Part shown: piece by piece, positions 17,577 through 27,491 of the stretch
Layout: each line of letters starts with the position of its first letter
Numbering within the stretch: position 1 is the first letter of the stretch
From: Shewanellaceae bacterium
Lineage (GTDB): Bacteria; Pseudomonadota; Gammaproteobacteria; Enterobacterales; Shewanellaceae
Direction of reading: 5' to 3'
DNA length: 31,463 nucleotides
NCBI GenBank assembly: GCA_016779685.1
Contig: JADHND010000001.1
Coordinates: forward strand, 1-31,463
Position numbers and translations under genes: made by a program
The notes under the pieces: model-generated
What the model was told of the DNA's origin: nothing
Seen by the model: only the letters and a program-made list of their open reading frames with translations
The model's database searches: none

Positions 17577-19001
17577 TTAAATGGTATGTAGATATTCTAT
17601 CAACTGTCGAATGAGCGACAGCTTAAAGGAATCTTGTTCGTGTTGATAAACTAAGTTTTCAATTGTGACTAAATACGACTCGGCTTGCAATTGATTTTGA
17701 CAATATTCTTGCCATTGTTGTAATTCATACTCGGCTAACAAATGCGGATAGTTTCTACCTTTATAGTAGAACAACATTTTGCTTAAGCGAGGATCATGAA
17801 ACGCAAATGTCATATGGCATAATTGTTCTGGTGGTGTTGTGCGAATTGTAGCCATCAGCTGTCTATCATGGTCATTGAAGAAGGGGCCACGGTACAACAT
17901 CAAATCAGGATGCAGATCAGAACTATCATCGGTTGCTTGGGGTTGTAAGATCTCGGTTAAAGTTGAAAGCAAGTGCGGTGCTGCCTGCAATTGGGCCAAC
18001 CGTTCTTTGATGACACCGATGTCCCATTGTAATCGAGATTGGATGGTTTCATCCAGTAAACTCAAAGGAGCGATCATGGGACATTGGTTGATAGCAACTT
18101 GAGTTAAAGGTACGGGTGGGGTGTCACCTAATTCACGTCTAGGTTGATAAAGGCGTGCTTTTAATGTCGCTGCGCTTTCGTCGAATAAGGGTTGAATGTC
18201 TTGATTGAGATCGACGCACACTACGGTGTTCGGTTTGTGAGGATGCACCATTAAGGGAGCAATCACAGAGGTACAATGACGTGCATGGCCGTAAAAACCA
18301 CTGACATGGATCATCGGTTTTAGCTGATCCGTATTGAGCAAGGGTTTGACGTTTTTTTTCAGCCGCAAGTTAAAATAATAATCAAATAGACGTGGTTGAG
18401 CTTTTTTAATCAGACGAGCTAACGCAAGCGTCGCCTGTACATCAGCGAGAGCATCATGGGCGTTGCTATGCTCAATTCCATTCGCCTCGGTGATTTTTTC
18501 AAGGCGAAAGGTCGGTTGGCCATCATCGTCGGTCGGCCAGACAATCCCTTCCGGGCGAAGGGCATAGCAGCTGCGCACCAAATCGATTAAATCCCAGCGG
18601 GAACAACCATGCTGCCATTCTCGGGCATAGGCATCAAAAAAATTACGATAAAGAGTATGCCGGGTAACTTCATCGTCAAATCGGATTGAATTATAGCCAA
18701 CGGAACAGGTGTTGGGTTGGCTCATGTTTTCATGAATGGTTTGAATAAATTCAGCTTCGCAAACGCCTAGTGTATTGGCTCGCTGCGGGGGAATGCCTGT
18801 GATGAGCATGGCGTTTGGATCGGGTAGATAATCGCTGGGTAATCGGCAATACAATTCAACGGGCTGGCCGATGATGTTGAGATCCATATCTGTGCGTATT
18901 GCTGCGAATTGAGCGGGTCGATCACGCGCAGGATGAATGCCCCATGTTTCATAATCATGCCATAAAAAGGTGGGTTGAACGGTAGAAGATGGGTTTTGCA
19001 T
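17577..19001 (-). CDS. sbcB: Exodeoxyribonuclease I
   Basis: FLWHDYETWG, DRPAQFAAIRTD, GYNSIRFDDE, SRWDLID and AHDALADV (DEDDh intact). Start chosen at ATG 19001. Confidence 0.95.
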   Translation of the reverse strand: MQNPSSTVQPTFLWHDYETWGIHPARDRPAQFAAIRTDMDLNIIGQPVELYCRLPSDYLPDPNAMLITGIPPQRANTLGVCEAEFIQTIHENMSQPNTCSVGYNSIRFDDEVTRHTLYRNFFDAYAREWQHGCSRWDLIDLVRSCYALRPEGIVWPTDDDGQPTFRLEKITEANGIEHSNAHDALADVQATLALARLIKKAQPRLFDYYFNLRLKKNVKPLLNTDQLKPMIHVSGFYGHARHCTSVIAPLMVHPHKPNTVVCVDLNQDIQPLFDESAATLKARLYQPRRELGDTPPVPLTQVAINQCPMIAPLSLLDETIQSRLQWDIGVIKERLAQLQAAPHLLSTLTEILQPQATDDSSDLHPDLMLYRGPFFNDHDRQLMATIRTTPPEQLCHMTFAFHDPRLSKMLFYYKGRNYPHLLAEYELQQWQEYCQNQLQAESYLVTIENLVYQHEQDSFKLSLIRQLIEYLHTI

Positions 19002-19095
19002 AATGAATTTGATAGAATGATATTTTACATGCAAGCCATGTTAGCATGAAATGGATGCATGCGGGAGCGCATTTATAAAAAAGAGAAGAGGTACT

Positions 19096-19848
19096 ATGTT
19101 GAAGCACAAACAAGTTGTTCAACTGATGTCTTGGTTAGATTTGACGTCATTGCGTGACGAGGATACGGCTGAGTCGATAGCCAATTGGTCTCAGCAGGCA
19201 CAGCAACCTTGGGGCACGGCAGCGGCGGTGTGCGTTTATCCGGCGTGGATCCAAGCTGCTCGTGTCGGCTTAGTGCATCTTGATGCTCAAGTGTCGATTG
19301 CAACGGTGGTGAATTTCCCAGCAGGTGACGCGACGCCTGCTGCGACAGCTGCTTCTACGACAGCTGCGATTCGAGCTGGAGCAGATGAGATCGATGTGGT
19401 GCTGCCTTATCAAGCTCTGTTGGCAGGAAATCAAAGTCATGCTCTGTCGGTGTTACAAGCGTGCCGAGCTGCGTGTCCAGAACGGGTGATGAAAGTCATT
19501 ATAGAATCAGGTATGCTGCCCAATGCATCTGCCATTGAGGTCGCCTGTCAGCTGGCGATTAAGGCTGGCGCAGACTTTATTAAAACATCTACAGGAAAAG
19601 CTGCGGTGCATGCAACTCTTCCCGCTGTTCAAACTATTTTAAATACGATACAAGCCAGCCCTGAATCAGTTGGTATTAAGATCTCTGGGGGGGTGAAAAC
19701 ATTGGCGCAAGCAGCCCCTTATGTCAATTTAATTGAACACACAATGGGAGAAGCATGGATGACGCCAGCACATGTACGTTTTGGGGCATCAAGCTTGCTT
19801 CAAGATCTTCGGTTATTTTTTGAGAAAAGTGCGATTAATCAGATGTAG
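19096..19848 (+). CDS. deoC: Deoxyribose-phosphate aldolase
   Basis: LDLTSL, ATVVNFP, GADEIDVV, KVIIESG, ADFIKTSTGK, GIKISGGV and RFGASSLL; AGAGG RBS before ATG 19096. Confidence 0.95.
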   Translation: MLKHKQVVQLMSWLDLTSLRDEDTAESIANWSQQAQQPWGTAAAVCVYPAWIQAARVGLVHLDAQVSIATVVNFPAGDATPAATAASTTAAIRAGADEIDVVLPYQALLAGNQSHALSVLQACRAACPERVMKVIIESGMLPNASAIEVACQLAIKAGADFIKTSTGKAAVHATLPAVQTILNTIQASPESVGIKISGGVKTLAQAAPYVNLIEHTMGEAWMTPAHVRFGASSLLQDLRLFFEKSAINQM

Positions 19849-19947
19849 CCGTTTCCTTTTGTTAGGCGCATCGCTATAATAACCCGCTTTGAATGCGGCG
19901 ATTCAATATGATTTTAGTCGCTGAATAGAACAGAACTGAGGTTTATC

Positions 19948-20670
19948 ATGACAACTCCCCATATTAACGCGCCGGTAAATGCCTTTGCAAAAACAATGCT
20001 ATTTCCGGGGGATCCCTTACGCGCTAAGTACATTGCAGAAAATTTTTTGGAAGATGCAAAGCTGGTTACGGATGTGCGGAACATGTTGGGCTACACAGGT
20101 TTTTATCAAGGAACCAAGTTATCGGTGATGGGACACGGTATGGGAATACCTTCTTTGTCCATCTATGCGAAAGAGCTGATTACAGAATATGGTGTTGAAA
20201 ACATTATTCGTATTGGTAGTTGTGGTGCCGTACGCCATGACATCAAAGTGCTTGATCTTGTGGTAGCGATGGGTGCTTGTACTGATTCAAAAGTGAACCG
20301 GACACGTTTTGGGCAACATGATTTTGCAGCGATAGCCGACTATGGTTTGTTGTCCGCATGGCTCGAAACAGCCCAGCAGGCGCAAGTGCCTGTACGCGTA
20401 GGTAATATCCATACCACCGACCTATTTTATTCACCTGAAACCGAAATTTTTGATACGATTGAAAAAATGGGTGTCTTGGCGGTTGATATGGAAGCAGCAG
20501 GTTTATATGGTGTGGCCAGTGAATTTGGCGCCAAAGCTTTGTGCGTATTGACCGTATCTGATCACATTCGTACCGGAGAACAGGTCTCTGCTGCGGAACG
20601 CGAAACCACCTTCCACGATATGATGCAAGTGACTTTGCAAGCTGCGGTTAAAATAGAACAACAGGCTTAA
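19948..20670 (+). CDS. deoD: Purine nucleoside phosphorylase (hexameric type)
   Basis: [48 protein letters not shown] and LTVSDH. Confidence 0.96.
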   Translation: MTTPHINAPVNAFAKTMLFPGDPLRAKYIAENFLEDAKLVTDVRNMLGYTGFYQGTKLSVMGHGMGIPSLSIYAKELITEYGVENIIRIGSCGAVRHDIKVLDLVVAMGACTDSKVNRTRFGQHDFAAIADYGLLSAWLETAQQAQVPVRVGNIHTTDLFYSPETEIFDTIEKMGVLAVDMEAAGLYGVASEFGAKALCVLTVSDHIRTGEQVSAAERETTFHDMMQVTLQAAVKIEQQA

Positions 20671-20695
20671 AGCGCTCAGCTAAATCATTGGATAG

Positions 20696-20720
20696 AAAAC
20701 GGGCCTATGCGCCCGTTTTT
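20696..20720 (+). terminator. Intrinsic terminator of deoD, probably bidirectional, overlapping the last codons of the PilZ gene
   Basis: AAAACGGGC-CTATGC-GCCCGTTTTT; the loop contains the opposite gene's stop codon (20705-20707). Confidence 0.75.
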
Positions 20721-23122
20721 GGTTTCGACGGCTGGATATAAAAGCGTTGCTTTGCTTCAAAGGTCACGTCAATACATTCACCCTGTGCCTGAATGTTGTC
20801 AATACGTTCTTTAATTTTTTTCGCTGCATGCGGTGAATTCTTCTTCACAAAAGTCATTTCTTTGAGTAGGTATTTAAAATCGCTGTGCACTGGTCGTTGT
20901 ACGATAAATAAGATAGCCATGAATTCGCCGACACTCTCACTTTTTTCAATAAATTTTTGTTGTTGTATGCGATTGATTTCGTGGCTGACCACTGAATCAA
21001 TGCTGACCTCATGTCGAGATATTTGCTGAATCGATAGAAAAATTTCAAACCGGAAGGAAGTTTCTTTTTTGTCCAAGCGGTTTAAGGGGTGTAGAATTAA
21101 TCGCTTAATTTTTTCTTCGTCAAACATTGAGCTGAAATCAAAGCCATCATTGAATGGATGATTAACGTGAAATAAGCTCATGAACCGATTGGTTTGCTGG
21201 CCGCGGCAGATCAAGTCTAAATGTATTTTATTTTGATCCATATGTACAAAAAATGGATTGATAAATGTATTTTGAAAGAAAATATTTTTCAGCACTTCAT
21301 ACATATCACGATGTTGTGTTGTGTATTCAGCAATGGTTTGGGTTAAAGAAGGTTGCTTTTTAATAATTTTTTGAAAAAAGAGCATGCCTTGATGTTTATT
21401 TTCTTTGTGGACTGCTTCTAAAGTGATGGTGTGTTTATCATGTGCCACCACTCGGTAAGGCAGTTTGCTTAATCGATGTGATGGTGTTTCTTGATTGAGG
21501 ACTGGAAAGGTGATGTATACACGCTTATTCGCTAGAAGATTCGTCGCGCGTTTAAAATGGATCACCAGTAATTCTGGTGAAACCGCCGCCGTCATGCCGA
21601 GCCAAGTTTCACTACCTTGTTTAACTTGTACTGAAAAATGCAACGAGAATGTACTTTCAATACGTTCTTCGAAAAAGTCGGTTGAAATGATGTTATGAAT
21701 CTTCGGTTTGGAGTTCGTGAGCTCAAACTTTTTGAGCAATGAGGGTTGTTCATCAGATTGCATGTGTTGGTAATGCTTCTGGGCATAGTCATTGGTGATG
21801 TCCGTTATGTTGAAAACCCAGTTTAATTCGCTTATTTGATGGGAGACCACTGGTGAAATGGGGTTATCTTGTTGGCTGACTGAAAATCTAAATTGTTGCT
21901 CCATAGCTTGTTTCGGTTTGATCGCCACATGAAACACACGCCAGCTTTTTTTATTGCTCGCAAATTTGAAAAAAAGCTCTTTAAGCTTGTGTTTTTCCAA
22001 TTCATACAGAGAAGCCAAGTAAATTTGCGTTGTTTCGGCGTTTTTTAATTGAAAACTATACCAAATTTGATGCTTGTCCGCATAGGCTGTGAGCAAGTTT
22101 TTCAGCCGTAAGGTGGTTAAAGCTGAGGTAAGATAGTTTTCATCTTCTTGGCCTTGAAAGTAATCGATGATGTGATTGTTCTTTTGGGTACGCAATGAAT
22201 ATAGAGGGATCCACCCTAAATTTTCGTGGCTTAAAAAAATGGGTAAGCATGTCATACAGGGCAAATATTGACGTTCGTAATTGATCACCGTAACTGCTGA
22301 CAAGACTCTATCAATGTTCATGTTGTTTTGTTTGTGTAATTCAATGAGAGCTTGTAATTTTTCCGAAAAGGCCTTATGCCCATTGAGTCGGGCTAAGGTC
22401 AACCATTGATATTGGCTGTTGGTTTTGGTGTGAATGACCTGGTATTCTGTAGGTGCTTGTAAAATTTTATCCAGCTCTTTCGCGCCAATGTTCAACAGCG
22501 ATACGTGCACGATTTGATTCATCTTAATCGTCATTTCAAAGGGTATACGTATGATAACACTGTACATCGAGACCTCTGTGGTGATCCCGTTAATCCAAGT
22601 TTCAGTATCGGGCAGCTTCATCTTGATGTTCATGCTATAAATGATTTTTTGTTCTTGCTTGTGAAGATTGCGCCCTAATTTTAAACTGTTGGTTGTGGGG
22701 AGTATAGGGCGATAGGGTGTTTGGCTGTCGCTGCGTCGTAAAAGAAAATGATACATGACATGCTCATAAACGCCGAGAGTGTATTTTTGTCCAAAAAACA
22801 TTAAGCTATGGTAAAAATCATTCAGTGCTTGTTTATCTAAATAGTGATCAAAGCCTTGATAGCTGAATTTTTCACACGTAAACACCGTTTTCCCACGTAA
22901 ATCAATGTGGTCATAGCAGGGGGTGGTCATACGTTTCAACTCAGTTTTAATCAGTTGCCGGGTTTTGCTATCATGGTTTTCGGTTAATTTTAAAAAATGA
23001 TGCGCAAAATTAGGTCGTATCAGCAATCGCTTGAGCTGCTCGATGAGTGAACGATGTTCTTCAGCTATTGTCACCATAAGTGAATTGAAGGTATGGGTTA
23101 ATGCTTTCTCTATCGTCTGCAT
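20705..23122 (-). CDS. Long PilZ-domain protein (Vibrio PlzC-like), degenerate c-di-GMP motifs
   Basis: 805 aa. N-terminal ELKR...IDLRG segment, FGQKYTLGVYE and two PilZ-like segments recall the roughly 800 aa PilZ proteins found near deoD in Vibrio/Shewanella. Assignment is from memory and the protein is highly diverged. Confidence 0.7.
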   Translation of the reverse strand: MQTIEKALTHTFNSLMVTIAEEHRSLIEQLKRLLIRPNFAHHFLKLTENHDSKTRQLIKTELKRMTTPCYDHIDLRGKTVFTCEKFSYQGFDHYLDKQALNDFYHSLMFFGQKYTLGVYEHVMYHFLLRRSDSQTPYRPILPTTNSLKLGRNLHKQEQKIIYSMNIKMKLPDTETWINGITTEVSMYSVIIRIPFEMTIKMNQIVHVSLLNIGAKELDKILQAPTEYQVIHTKTNSQYQWLTLARLNGHKAFSEKLQALIELHKQNNMNIDRVLSAVTVINYERQYLPCMTCLPIFLSHENLGWIPLYSLRTQKNNHIIDYFQGQEDENYLTSALTTLRLKNLLTAYADKHQIWYSFQLKNAETTQIYLASLYELEKHKLKELFFKFASNKKSWRVFHVAIKPKQAMEQQFRFSVSQQDNPISPVVSHQISELNWVFNITDITNDYAQKHYQHMQSDEQPSLLKKFELTNSKPKIHNIISTDFFEERIESTFSLHFSVQVKQGSETWLGMTAAVSPELLVIHFKRATNLLANKRVYITFPVLNQETPSHRLSKLPYRVVAHDKHTITLEAVHKENKHQGMLFFQKIIKKQPSLTQTIAEYTTQHRDMYEVLKNIFFQNTFINPFFVHMDQNKIHLDLICRGQQTNRFMSLFHVNHPFNDGFDFSSMFDEEKIKRLILHPLNRLDKKETSFRFEIFLSIQQISRHEVSIDSVVSHEINRIQQQKFIEKSESVGEFMAILFIVQRPVHSDFKYLLKEMTFVKKNSPHAAKKIKERIDNIQAQGECIDVTFEAKQRFYIQPSKPKTGA

Positions 23123-23249
23123 TTTCGATTTCTTTAATCCTACCCCGAAAGGGTGACTGAGTTCATCGCAGAATATCTAAGGTTCGGTGTTGCTTATTCT
23201 CAGTGGCTTTGGGACAATGCATTGTTAATTAAAACAATGAGGATGCATT

Positions 23250-25271
23250 ATGTCGAATCGTCAATTACGAGCTAATGCCATACGGGTTTTGAGTATGGAT
23301 GCGGTAGAACGTGCTAAGTCTGGACACCCAGGTGCCCCCATGGGAATGGCAGATATTGCTGAGGTCTTATGGCATGATATTTTAAAGCACAACCCCAGTA
23401 ATCCCAAATGGTTAAATCGAGACCGCTTTGTCTTATCAAATGGACATGGCTCGATGTTGCTTTATGCTTTGCTACATTTATCTGGTTATGATCTGACCAT
23501 CGATGATTTAAAAAATTTTCGACAGTTACATTCTAAAACACCGGGGCATCCTGAGTATGGTTATACGCCAGGTGTTGAAACCACCACAGGTCCACTGGGG
23601 CAAGGCTTGGCCAATGCCGTTGGGATGGCTCTCGCAGAAAAAAACCTAGCCGCTTCATTCAATCGCGAAGAACATCGCATTGTGGATCACTTCACCTATG
23701 CGTTTGTAGGGGATGGCTGTTTAATGGAAGGTATTTCGCATGAAGTGTGTTCATTGGCAGGCGTGCTGGGCCTAGGCAAGCTTATTGTGGTATGGGATGA
23801 CAATGGTATCTCCATTGATGGGGATGTCAAAGGCTGGTGGCGAGATGACACGCCTGCTCGGTTCGAAGCCTATGGTTGGCAAGTGATTCAAGATGTTCAA
23901 GGGCATGATCATGCTTCGATTCTGGCAGCGTTTCAAGCGGCGCAAACCGATTTAACGCGCCCGACCTTAATCTGTGCAAAAACCAACATTGGTCAAGGTG
24001 CTCCCAACAAAGCAGGTAGCCATGCCTGTCACGGTGCCCCATTAGGTGAAGCTGAAATTCAATCGACGCGTGAGGCATTAGGTTGGACTCATGCGCCATT
24101 TGAGATACCTCAATCTGTTTATAACTCATGGCGAGCGATTGAACAGGGACAAGCCGCTGAAGCAGAGTGGCAGCAACAGTTTTCCGCATATGAAGATGCG
24201 TTTCCTGAATTGGCTCTTGAGTTAAAGCGGCGCATTGCCAAGACAAAACCAGAAGGTTGGGTTCAGACCGCTCAAGAATACATTCATGGTTTACAAGCTG
24301 AACCCAAAGCTTTAGCGTCGCGTCAAGCATCCCAACAAGCACTTGAATGCTTTGGAGCCATGATGCCAGAGTTAATCGGTGGCTCTGCTGATTTAGCGCC
24401 TTCTAATTTAACGCAATGGTCAGGTTCAAAGACCATACTTGATACCGATGCATCCGGCAATTACATTCATTATGGTGTACGAGAATTCGGTATGACGGCT
24501 ATGGCTAATGGCATTGGTCTCTATGGGGGGTTGATTCCCTACACGGCTACATTTCTTATTTTTATGGAATATGCTCGTAATGCGGTGCGCATGGCAGCCT
24601 TAATGCAACAGCAACATATTTTTGTGTACACACATGATTCAATAGGTCTCGGTGAAGACGGTCCGACACACCAGCCCATAGAACAGTTGACCGCTTTGCG
24701 GAGTACCCCAAATCTAACGACATGGCGCCCTTGCGATCAAGTTGAAACTGCTGTGGCTTGGAAGGTGGCATTAGAACAGGTCAATGGGCCGACCAGTTTG
24801 GTGCTATCACGTCAAAGCTTAACACAGCAACCGCGGACGCCAGTTCAAGTGAACAACATTGAACGCGGTGGCTATATTTTAAAAGATTGTCAGCAATTAC
24901 CTGATGTTATCTTGGTGGCTACTGGCTCTGAAGTGCAGTTGGCGGTGCTGGCGGCAGAACTACTAACTCAGCAAGGCTTGCTGGTTAATGTGGTGTCCAT
25001 GGCTTCACCAGATGTGTTTGATGTGCAAGATCAAGAATACCAAGCACAGGTTCTGCCACCACAGGTGACCTGCCGAGTAGCTATTGAGGCAGGGGCAGCA
25101 GATTATTGGTATAAATATGTTGGTCTGCAGGGTGCAGTCATCGGAATGAAAAGCTTTGGCGAGTCAGCACCAGCCAGTACTTTATTTGAACATTTTGGAT
25201 TTACCGTTGCCAATGTGGTTGAACAAGTTTTGGTCTTGTTACCTGAAGAGGTGTCTTATCTTGAAGGTTAA
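23250..25271 (+). CDS. tkt: Transketolase
   Basis: [55 protein letters not shown] and [16 protein letters not shown]. Confidence 0.97.
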   Translation: MSNRQLRANAIRVLSMDAVERAKSGHPGAPMGMADIAEVLWHDILKHNPSNPKWLNRDRFVLSNGHGSMLLYALLHLSGYDLTIDDLKNFRQLHSKTPGHPEYGYTPGVETTTGPLGQGLANAVGMALAEKNLAASFNREEHRIVDHFTYAFVGDGCLMEGISHEVCSLAGVLGLGKLIVVWDDNGISIDGDVKGWWRDDTPARFEAYGWQVIQDVQGHDHASILAAFQAAQTDLTRPTLICAKTNIGQGAPNKAGSHACHGAPLGEAEIQSTREALGWTHAPFEIPQSVYNSWRAIEQGQAAEAEWQQQFSAYEDAFPELALELKRRIAKTKPEGWVQTAQEYIHGLQAEPKALASRQASQQALECFGAMMPELIGGSADLAPSNLTQWSGSKTILDTDASGNYIHYGVREFGMTAMANGIGLYGGLIPYTATFLIFMEYARNAVRMAALMQQQHIFVYTHDSIGLGEDGPTHQPIEQLTALRSTPNLTTWRPCDQVETAVAWKVALEQVNGPTSLVLSRQSLTQQPRTPVQVNNIERGGYILKDCQQLPDVILVATGSEVQLAVLAAELLTQQGLLVNVVSMASPDVFDVQDQEYQAQVLPPQVTCRVAIEAGAADYWYKYVGLQGAVIGMKSFGESAPASTLFEHFGFTVANVVEQVLVLLPEEVSYLEG

Positions 25272-25316
25272 TCAAGGCTGTTTTAATGTATCAAGACATG
25301 TGAAGTGGGATGTTGT

Positions 25317-26342
25317 ATGATTCGAGTTGCTATAAACGGTTTTGGCCGTATCGGTCGTGCTAGTTTAAGGGCGCTGTATGATGTCCCAGCGCATCGTGCA
25401 CAGTTTAAAGTCGTGGCAATAAATGACATTGCGCCTGCTGAAGCCATGTATCATTTGTTTAAATACGATTCAACCCATGGCCGTAACCCACATGCCTTAG
25501 CTTGGCAGCATGAAACCTTAACGATTGCAGGTGATCAAATCGAGTTGTTGCATGAACCGGAACTGTCTCGCTTGCCTTGGGCAGATTTGGGGATTGATTT
25601 GGTGATAGAAGCGTCAGGTCAGTTTAATTGTGTTGCTCAATTAAAGCAGCATTTGCAACAAGGTGCTCGCAAAGTGTTGGTCAGTCATCCCGCCACATCA
25701 GATGTGGATGCGACCATTGTTTATGGGGTTAACCATGAAGACTTGACGGGACAGGAACAGATTGTTTCGAGTGCTTCGTGTACCACCCATTGTTGTGTGC
25801 CCGTACTCGCTGCTTTAGATAAACACTTTGGTATCGCCCATGGTGGTCTCACGACCATTCATTCGATGATGAATGATCAAAACACCACCGATAGCTATCA
25901 ATCTCATCTTCGAGGGATGCGTGCAGCCAGCCAATCGATTGTTCCGGTTGCGACTAAATTAGCCCGCGGGATTGAACGATTGCTGCCTCAGCTACAAGAT
26001 AGGTTATTAACCTCTGCTGTTCGCGTGCCTGTGATTAATGTGACGGCAATGGATCTCACTTTACAATTAAACCAGAACGTTGATATCCATCAGGTATTGA
26101 AGGTCTTAGTTGACAGTCAACAAGCCGAATTAGCGGGTTTACTGGACATCAGTTATGAATCTTTGGTGTCCGTCGATTTTAATCATAATTCGCATTCGGT
26201 CACAGTTGATGCAACTCAGATCACGATGAACGACAGTGGACTGCTAAAAATGCTGTTGTGGTGTGACAATGAGTGGGGTTATGCGCATCGCTTGTTGGAT
26301 ACCGCGGCGGCTTTATTTTCAGCCAGTGATAAGGAAGAATAA
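25317..26342 (+). CDS. epd: Erythrose-4-phosphate dehydrogenase (GAPDH paralogue)
   Basis: RVAINGFGRIGR, SASCTTHC, TTIHS, RAASQSIVP and WCDNEWG; position between tkt and pgk is the canonical epd site. Confidence 0.88.
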   Translation: MIRVAINGFGRIGRASLRALYDVPAHRAQFKVVAINDIAPAEAMYHLFKYDSTHGRNPHALAWQHETLTIAGDQIELLHEPELSRLPWADLGIDLVIEASGQFNCVAQLKQHLQQGARKVLVSHPATSDVDATIVYGVNHEDLTGQEQIVSSASCTTHCCVPVLAALDKHFGIAHGGLTTIHSMMNDQNTTDSYQSHLRGMRAASQSIVPVATKLARGIERLLPQLQDRLLTSAVRVPVINVTAMDLTLQLNQNVDIHQVLKVLVDSQQAELAGLLDISYESLVSVDFNHNSHSVTVDATQITMNDSGLLKMLLWCDNEWGYAHRLLDTAAALFSASDKEE

Positions 26343-26345
26343 GCT

Positions 26346-27491
26346 ATGCTCAAGACGCTAGACACCCTTACTTTAGTAGACAAGAAAGTATTGATACGCC
26401 TTGATCTCAATGTGCCGATGCAAGCGGGAAAAATTAAGAATACGGAGCGCATTCATCGAGCACTACCCACGATCCGTTATGCGCTTGCGCAGGGTGGAAT
26501 CGTCCGGTTAATGTCTCACTTAGGACGCCCCCAACCAGGGGAGATGAATCCAGACTTATCATTGGCACCGATTGCAACCTATCTTAGCCAGGTCCTGGCG
26601 TGTCCTGTGCAGCTTTGTTCTGATCCCGCTGAGCTCGCGCAAGCGACGGCAAGAGTGGCTTTATTAGAGAATGTACGTTTTTTCCATGGAGAAACAACCA
26701 ACGATTTGAACTTGGCGCAGCAATACGCTGCTTGTGGTGATATATTCGTAATGGATGCTTTCGGTACGGCGCATCGCCAGCACGCATCTACATTAGGCGT
26801 GATGCAAGTGAGCGAGCAAGTTTGTGCGGGTTTTTTATTTCAAGATGAAATCAAGGCACTGACGCAAGCGTTGCAGTCGCCAAAAACGCCAGTACTCGCT
26901 GTTGTTGGGGGAGCGAAGGTATCGACAAAGTTAACATTGTTGACTTCATTGGCTACCAAAGTAGATCAGTTAATTGTGGGTGGTGGCATTGCCAATACAT
27001 TCTTGGCCGCCCAAGGGTACGCTATCGGGACTTCTTTGTACGAACCTAGCATGATTACAGAAGCGCGTGCCATCATGGCAAAAGTTGAAGTGATCTTACC
27101 TCGTGATGTGGTGGTTGCCTCGGCATGTACAGCAACAGCAACAGCGCGAGTGAGTTCAATCACGGATGTACAAGCAGATGAAATGATCCTTGACATGGGC
27201 CCTGAATACATAAAATGGCTACCCAGCTTGATTCAATCAGTAGGGACGCTTTTGTGGAATGGCCCACTGGGGGTGTTTGAGATCCCTCAATTTGCCGATG
27301 GCACTCGCGTGCTAGCAAAAGCCATCGCCGCCTGTTCGGGATTTTCGATTGCAGGCGGAGGGGATACCTTGGCAGCCATTGCTCAATTTAAATGTACCAA
27401 TGACATTGATTATATTTCAACGGGTGGGGGAGCATTTTTAGCTTTTATTGAACAAGGCACTTTACCATGCTTACCTATGCTGACCGCTTAA
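26346..27491 (+). CDS. pgk: Phosphoglycerate kinase
   Basis: RLDLNVP, SHLGRP, LLENVRF, MDAFGTAHR, GGAKVSTK, WNGPLGVFE and ISTGGGAFL. Confidence 0.96.
   Translation: MLKTLDTLTLVDKKVLIRLDLNVPMQAGKIKNTERIHRALPTIRYALAQGGIVRLMSHLGRPQPGEMNPDLSLAPIATYLSQVLACPVQLCSDPAELAQATARVALLENVRFFHGETTNDLNLAQQYAACGDIFVMDAFGTAHRQHASTLGVMQVSEQVCAGFLFQDEIKALTQALQSPKTPVLAVVGGAKVSTKLTLLTSLATKVDQLIVGGGIANTFLAAQGYAIGTSLYEPSMITEARAIMAKVEVILPRDVVVASACTATATARVSSITDVQADEMILDMGPEYIKWLPSLIQSVGTLLWNGPLGVFEIPQFADGTRVLAKAIAACSGFSIAGGGDTLAAIAQFKCTNDIDYISTGGGAFLAFIEQGTLPCLPMLTA

Noticed and set aside
23140-23205. Hammerhead or riboswitch-like element upstream of tkt (CCC-GAAA-GGG hairpin, ACTGAG/CTCAGT)
   Set aside because: No CUGANGA core; stems are short and the region must also hold divergent promoters.
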